Shown: piece after piece, positions 57,009-64,000 of the stretch
Numbering within the stretch: the stretch's first letter is position 1
Layout of the letters: each line of letters starts with the position of its first letter
Source of the DNA: the human T2T-CHM13v2.0 reference genome, Homo sapiens
Direction: 5' to 3' (one strand)
NCBI RefSeq assembly: GCF_009914755.1
Contig: NC_060938.1
Length of the DNA: 64,000 bases
Position numbers and translations under genes: made by a program
The notes under the pieces: generated by a model
Databases searched by the model: none
What the model saw: the letters and a program-made list of their open reading frames with translations, nothing else
What the model was told of the DNA's origin: nothing

Positions 57009-58823
57009 GAACATAGCTGTAAAATTATATTTTAAGTTGAATTACTGAATTTGCACAAACATTTCTACAGAATTGTTTTAAAAAACAAGCTTTGTCATTT
57101 TCCACTACATTTTGTTGTGCTTTTATATTAATATTTGCAAATGCTATAATTTAATACTTATATTCCAATTGCTTGCATAATCAGTTTTTTTAATCCTGGG
57201 GTGTTGAAAGAACATATAATAATAATATTCTTCTTAGACAAAAGTCTTTTTAAATGAAGTTAAAAGCTGAGATAATTTAAGGAAAATGATCTTCAAATTT
57301 TCATAACCAACAGGTTTAAGTGAAATTTACAATGCATTGGAAAACTGGCTGGTTAAAGATATGATTTGTCGTCAGGTAGCTCAAAATTATTTTTACAGGT
57401 TTTTGTTTTTTTGTAAAAGTGTTTTTATAATCTTGGTAAAATAATAAAATAATATTTCACAATTTGCACAGAGTCTGACTAAAGGGCAGAGGCATATTAC
57501 CCTCAGAGTTTAGAATAAAGCCAGATTTTTCAGGCCCAGTTCCACTGTAGAGTTAGTATGCACTGCGATCCCAAACATTTTCTTGTTCCCTCTAAAGCTA
57601 GGGCCAATTTCATTTCAAATGGAGGTTAGAGTAAAAAAATCACTTTTGTGTTTTACCACCTTCTGCACTAAGTATTCTTAATAACCTTTTGCTCTGGTTG
57701 ACCCATTTAATAACCTGGAAGAAAAAAAGTGTTGCTCCATGTCTGGTCTCAATGGAAGTGATTTTCTAATGGACAATAAGCCGAAAGGCCATGGCTGTCT
57801 AGGAGGTTAAACAACAAATATCTTGTCTGCATGGGCTTACGCAGCAGCTTCGGTCCTTTCTTCTTCAGAAGCGGCTTTGTTGTCTTGCCTGTAATTTGCA
57901 CATTTAGGCTCTGTAGTTTGTTTATAAAATAGTTTTACACAAACCACTCTTAGCAGTGCAAGCTTCTGAGTTGAAAATTATTCAGGCTTGTTTCATTGAA
58001 GGCACTTGGTTTCCATGGCAATTTATAAAAGATGGTGGTTTGGTTTCTTCATTGGAACAGATGACGTAGTTTGGGTGTTCAAGTGGCCGCAAGCAAACTC
58101 CGATAAGCCTGTGTAACATGTAAGCCCAGGTTTACCATCCTGGATAGTAGTGCATGCAAAAAGAGACAGCATACAGTTATCTAGCTTAGCCATGGGAGAA
58201 AAATAATAATAATAAAGGTGGGATGGGGATAAGGTGGGGAGAAACATGAATGCTTTAAATAATTCTGAGTTCGGGTTATTTTCAAGGAAGGGTAACAGCC
58301 AAAGGTAAAAGGGCCTACATTTATTTAATTCTCTACGAAAACCTTCTCGTAAGGAAAATAAATGCCAGCTCTTCACGTACCCTGTTTACAGTGAGGTTTT
58401 TGTTGGCAGGCCATTAGGTTTCCATGGTAACAAGCAAACTATTCATTTGAAACAAAACCAGCCATGACTTTGTGCTTTGACAAGGATTTCTATAGCTCTT
58501 TTTTTTTTTCTTTTTTTCATTTTTTTTTTTTTTTTCCAGAGTTCAACCAGATGACGCTGTAATCTTTTTAGCCACAAAAGCACCTGAAGGTCTCTTCTCT
58601 ACTCAGGTCAAGATTATCTTTTATGTTTAGTCTGGAATAAGTTATACTTCCATGATGTCTTTTTATCCCCAGCGCTTAAAAAAATTTGTTTTTATTATTT
58701 TATTTTTGAGTCAGTAGTCAGTGGAGGAATCTTTGGTAGTTTGTTTGTTCAATGTCCATTTACAAAGACTCTTTCTTCATGCCAGTGCCTGGTGAATCTT
58801 TTATAGCCTCTGCCAGGATAAGG
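56980..58823 (-). other. MDGA2: MDGA2 3' UTR (approximate, to main poly(A) site)
   Basis: Sequence after the stop codon with no recognisable transposon, ending at AATAAA (57003-57008) followed by a GU-rich element (TGTGTGTTTG, 56961-56970 minus). The cleavage site is inferred. Confidence 0.75.
58499..58535 (-). repeat. Internal A-tract in the MDGA2 3' UTR
   Basis: About 37 nt of near-pure T on the plus strand. Confidence 0.9.
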
Positions 58824-58912
58824 TCACCTTCGAGGACTTAAGATAGAGATGAGGACGATAATGGGAAAAAGCCATATATGAACCAAAATCCCAACAGCAC
58901 CATCAACGGAAT
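58824..58912 (-). CDS. MDGA2: MDGA2 last coding exon (GPI-anchor signal)
   Basis: Acceptor AG at 58914-58913. Split codon A|AT = Asn, then [31 protein letters not shown] (stop 58824-58826). Small residues followed by a hydrophobic tail form a GPI signal; matches the MDGA2 C-terminus as recalled. Confidence 0.97.
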
Positions 58913-60503
58913 CTAAAGATAAGGAAAATAAATGCAAACAAAAAAAGAAGAATAATAAGCATTCCACGTAGCTACTAACACAACCTTGGTGAATAATAAA
59001 ACAAGTATATGGAAAATATTTCTGGAAAATATTTATTTTTATTTTGTTTTATTTATCAGCTTCATTGCTAAGGGAAGTGAAAAGGAAAATGAATATATGG
59101 TTAAGGCACTTGATAAAAAGATTTACAGATTTTGAATTGATATAATATGCTATGAAAACTTGTTCATAACATATTCACATAGGTTTGTGGTTGAGCTCAA
59201 TCTTAAGAGTTCTGCTAGCCACAGGAAAGCAGGAACATGGAGAAAATTATCAGAATACTTCAAAAAGTAGATTTTTTTTCAAGCTTCCCGAAGTGGATAA
59301 GCTTGAAGACTGAAAGAAAATCTATCTTAATGAAAACTAGAAAGGGATGGTTATGTGTACAGAAATTAACTATTGCAACTAGTAGATGATCCATGTTTAG
59401 ATCGGTCCATTATCTATAAATTATACAAATAATTTTCTCTTTATTTTAACTTTTAGAGGCATGATGAAGTCCATTCAAACTAAAAAATCCCTTCCACCAA
59501 TCGGCCTGGAAAGTCCTACTGTAATTGGGATTTCTGTTAAAACCTGGTGTCCAGTTGATGCCTCTTAGAATGCATGCCTTACTGTGGAGGGATAACACAG
59601 ATATAATTCATTAAACTAGCTAAAGTTGCAAAGTGGCTTGTATCTAGGGGAGAATTGAGTTTGAAAATTGAGACATAAAATCTTATATCTGCATGGTGTG
59701 GACCATAGTTCCATTTATTGCCTGGAAAGAACTGGCAGCCTGAGGAATCAGGAAGAGGCTTTCAGCCTTCAGGCTGGTCTGTACTTAGAATATAATATTC
59801 ATTTAATAATCATCAATCAATCAAATGCTAGTCATAAAATGAACTTAATAAATGGTAATTAAATGACACAAATGTAACAGAAAACTTTCTGATGCCAAAT
59901 AGATTATTTGTGTTCAATTAAGATTATTTATTTCCCCTAATTTATAGAGTTTAAATATAAATACACCCAATACATACAGGGGGTGTTTTCATATTTAAAA
60001 CTGCCACACATTTCTTGGATTTGCTAGTTTAAGAGAAAAAAAAAACTAATTATAAAAATGTTCTATTGTAATAGAACTTGTACAGTAATGAAGTCCCTAT
60101 GGGCTTTCACAGGCATTTACTGTGGCTAGTTTTATCAGTTATGCTTTCTTTCTGCACTAGGGAGTAAATAATTTCCTTTGCTTTCTTCCTTTGAAAAGTT
60201 TAATTCAATTTATTGAATTTATTTATAATATTTGTGCTTACATTATGAAAATGTAAAATTTCTGTATATAGTTGTAACTGCCTTCAATTAATAAAATGTT
60301 ACTGCCACTCAGTCATACTATGAAATTCAAAAGAAATCCTATTCTCCTTTGAGGAGAATACATGTTTTCCTGTGCATTAGAAAAACTGTTCTTTTGAGTA
60401 TAGCTACTGGTTTTCTAAAGCAGAACTAGACAGACACAAGGATACATTTTTACTAAATATGTTACTTGAAATACTAAGTTTATGACTTTTTAATATATTT
60501 TCA

Positions 60504-60545
60504 TTTTATATAACAATGAGCAAAATGGCTCATTGTTATATAAAA
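60504..60545. repeat. Perfect 18-bp inverted repeat with 6-nt spacer
   Basis: TTTTATATAACAATGAGC-aaaatg-GCTCATTGTTATATAAAA. Confidence 0.95.
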
Positions 60546-61190
60546 ATCTTAGTTTTTGTCTTTTGACAATACTTAAGAATTGAGTCAATTCAGTTCATAT
60601 GAGTAATCAGTGGACAATTGTACACATTCAACTTTCAACATCTAGACTGGTACAGTTTCTCACTAAATATAGAAAATTACCAAAGACTCTGATTTGCTCT
60701 AGATTTATACAACATAGATTTTCATGCTTTTGTATGTGCTAAATAATTGATGAGTAATTTGTGTAAATTTAGTTTGATTACTTTCTCTATATATGACCAC
60801 AAAATAAAAGATTCCAGATGAGTCTAAGATAATCCTTCAATTGCAGTCATTTTTAACAGGAATGATTTTAGATTTCATAGCTTCGAATGTGAAATATGGA
60901 GATGAGGACTTTAAGAAGCAGCTAAATACATAATTCTAAATCTTTGTGCATTATTCATCATGTTTTATTTATATCTCTTCTATTATAAAATGGACCTGTG
61001 ACAAAAAAATAAAATTAAATATATCATTAAACCATAATACTCAAAAAAGGGTATAAAGTGAAAATCAAATTATTAAACAAGCTTGTGGTGCAGATAGGAG
61101 ATTAGACCATAAATATGAGGTCTACTTCATTACTTAATATATGTATTTAGGCTCTTTACAATGCTGAATCTGTTAAAATGGCTGGCAAAA

Positions 61191-61484
<294 letters not shown>

Positions 61485-61547
61485 ATTGGCTAAATCAGGA
61501 AATATATTCACTATATTCACAAACTGGACGAATGAAAGCATCTATGC

Positions 61548-62295
<748 letters not shown>

Positions 62296-62657
62296 ATTTA
62301 CATTGTAAATATGTGCTATGTATATAGGTTCATCAAATATTTTAATACAAGTTTTTAAATCTTCTAAAACAAATAATATCAAAGTGTTTTAAAATCTTAA
62401 TTAAAAATCAAAGTGTACTTGCCTTACGTAGATCTAAATCAAAATCTCACTTCTATTTTATCTTAGGCCAAATATGTCTACAATTGAATTTAATACTTTA
62501 AAAATAACTGAACAAACTTTAGGGTATTACATATAAGAAATTTCTAAATAAACCAACTAAAAAAACTCCGTTTTTAAAATTAATTAAATTAAATGTTAAT
62601 TTAATAGTAATGTTACTTTAACGTTACAACAAACCAATCTCAAGCAAAGATACTTAC

Positions 62658-62763
62658 TCTTAGTTGCTAGGTCTTGTTTTGCACATTCTCCTTCTGCAAT
62701 TGATACATCATCAATAGCAATGTCACCTTCTATTCCAGGACCTCGGATACCTTCAAAAATGAG
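62658..62763 (-). CDS. MDGA2: MDGA2 penultimate coding exon (C-terminal part of MAM domain)
   Basis: Minus strand translates [35 protein letters not shown] plus 1 nt, containing the MAM signature GDIAIDDV...G.C. Acceptor AG at 62765-62764 and donor GTAAGTA at 62657-62651. 106 nt, phase 0 in and phase 1 out, in frame with the next exon. Confidence 0.97.
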
Positions 62764-64000
62764 CTACAAATATGAATGAAACAAACCTAAATGTGGAGCT
62801 TTGATTTGCAGATCAATTTCTCTTGAGAAATCAAGGTGACAAAAATAAACTTGTCAGTAATCCTGGCATCTTTTATATTTGATGGCTTTCAAAATTAAAA
62901 CTTGCAGAAAACATAAACTTTCATCCCAAAACCAGTAATTGAATCTTCCTTGCATTGTATTAGTTTTTCACATCAAAAGCTCTGTGTCGATTTTAAAGCA
63001 AAACTAAACTTAATTAAATAATACAATTAAAAAAAATGACTACACATCCTCTTTTAATTTTTAAGGATAAGAAAAAATGTTTTATTTGAAAAGTCTTTCT
63101 CTGAGATAGATTCTTTCTGGTTTTATCTGAACATAACTCATAACATTAGTTTTCTAGAAATATTTTAAAGAATGAATCAATTCTGAATTCTTTACAACAG
63201 TAATATGTATATTGAAGCCCGGAACAAAGTGTTTCTATCTCTGACATTGATTTCTCACAAATAGATTGAATAGGTTCGTCATATTCCCATGTTGACTTTA
63301 TAATTTACCTCCATGATTTCACTGCTGATATTCCATTTTTTTAAACTTGAAGATATGTATCAGTCTATTTATGTTGAATATCTCACGGTATACCTTTGAA
63401 TTTATGGTGTCTATAACAATGGTGGTCACTGAGGCTCAGTGCATGAATATTGAAAGAACAAATGAGTACAATCAGAATCCTTTATTATTAAATACTTAAA
63501 ACAATGACAATAGAAGCACAATTAGCAAATTTATATATTTTTTATTTTTACAGAAACAGGACTCTTTTAGAATTTTCTTTATGGCTCCCAAATTATTCCT
63601 TGCTTTCAGCAAAACTTTAATCTTTTTGATACTGAAAGGCAATTCATGCATTTAGTGGTGGGTATACAGTTCTAGAAAAATATTTACATGTTAAAAGGAA
63701 ATATCTGCTTTGGTCATTCCAAAGAATAGTTTAATAAAGAGCTGTTTCTAACATCAATCTGGTAATGTGCTTTATTAATAACATTTCTAGACTTATGTCA
63801 TCACAACAAATCTGACAATGTTTATTTTTATCAATGCCAAAGTTTTTGTTTTTGTTTTTATTTGAAAACATCTCCTCAAAGGCAAATCAGAGTCATCTCT
63901 GAACTTTTCAAAGCTGCTGTCCTGGGAAAGCCATAGCTTAATTATGATGATTTTGAGAGAACTTAGGCTACTTTTGAGAAATTTATCCAATGTTCTTTGA
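62764..64000 (-). other. MDGA2: MDGA2 upstream intron (3' part; continues beyond window)
   Basis: Lies 5' of the penultimate exon acceptor; no further MAM-coding exon was recognised. Confidence 0.85.

Noticed and set aside
58023-58376. 117-aa minus-strand ORF in the MDGA2 3' UTR
   Set aside because: Non-ATG start, no recognisable domain and no convincing splice link to the CDS; it is most likely a chance ORF.

Overview
AT-rich, repeat-dense primate (most likely human) genomic DNA. The right end holds the 3' end of MDGA2 (MAM domain-containing GPI anchor protein 2) on the minus strand. It comprises the penultimate coding exon (62658-62763, end of the MAM domain), a 3745-bp last intron, the last coding exon (58824-58912, GPI signal) and a ~1.8-kb 3' UTR ending near an AATAAA at 57003-57008. 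The other ~56 kb is downstream intergenic DNA made largely of transposon fossils: L1PA, L1PB and L1M, L2, MIR, Alus, a full-length Tigger1, and THE1, MLT1, MER21, MER41A, MER61 and LTR12 LTRs. Nearly all ORFs in the supplied track are repeat-derived or random. I cannot demonstrate a new biological system. The strongest leads are: (1) a possible stop-codon readthrough turning the MDGA2 GPI signal into a transmembrane helix with a GYxxF tail; (2) dense motif structure in the 3' UTR (a 5' splice site on the poly(A) site, RFX X-boxes, a thrice-repeated 10-mer, neuronal miRNA sites); and (3) several locally templated inversions and duplications, including an inverted copy of flanking DNA inside an L1 and a pre-miRNA-sized fold-back inside Tigger1. 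Repeat subfamily names and boundaries come from recalled consensus sequences and are approximate unless a TSD is given.
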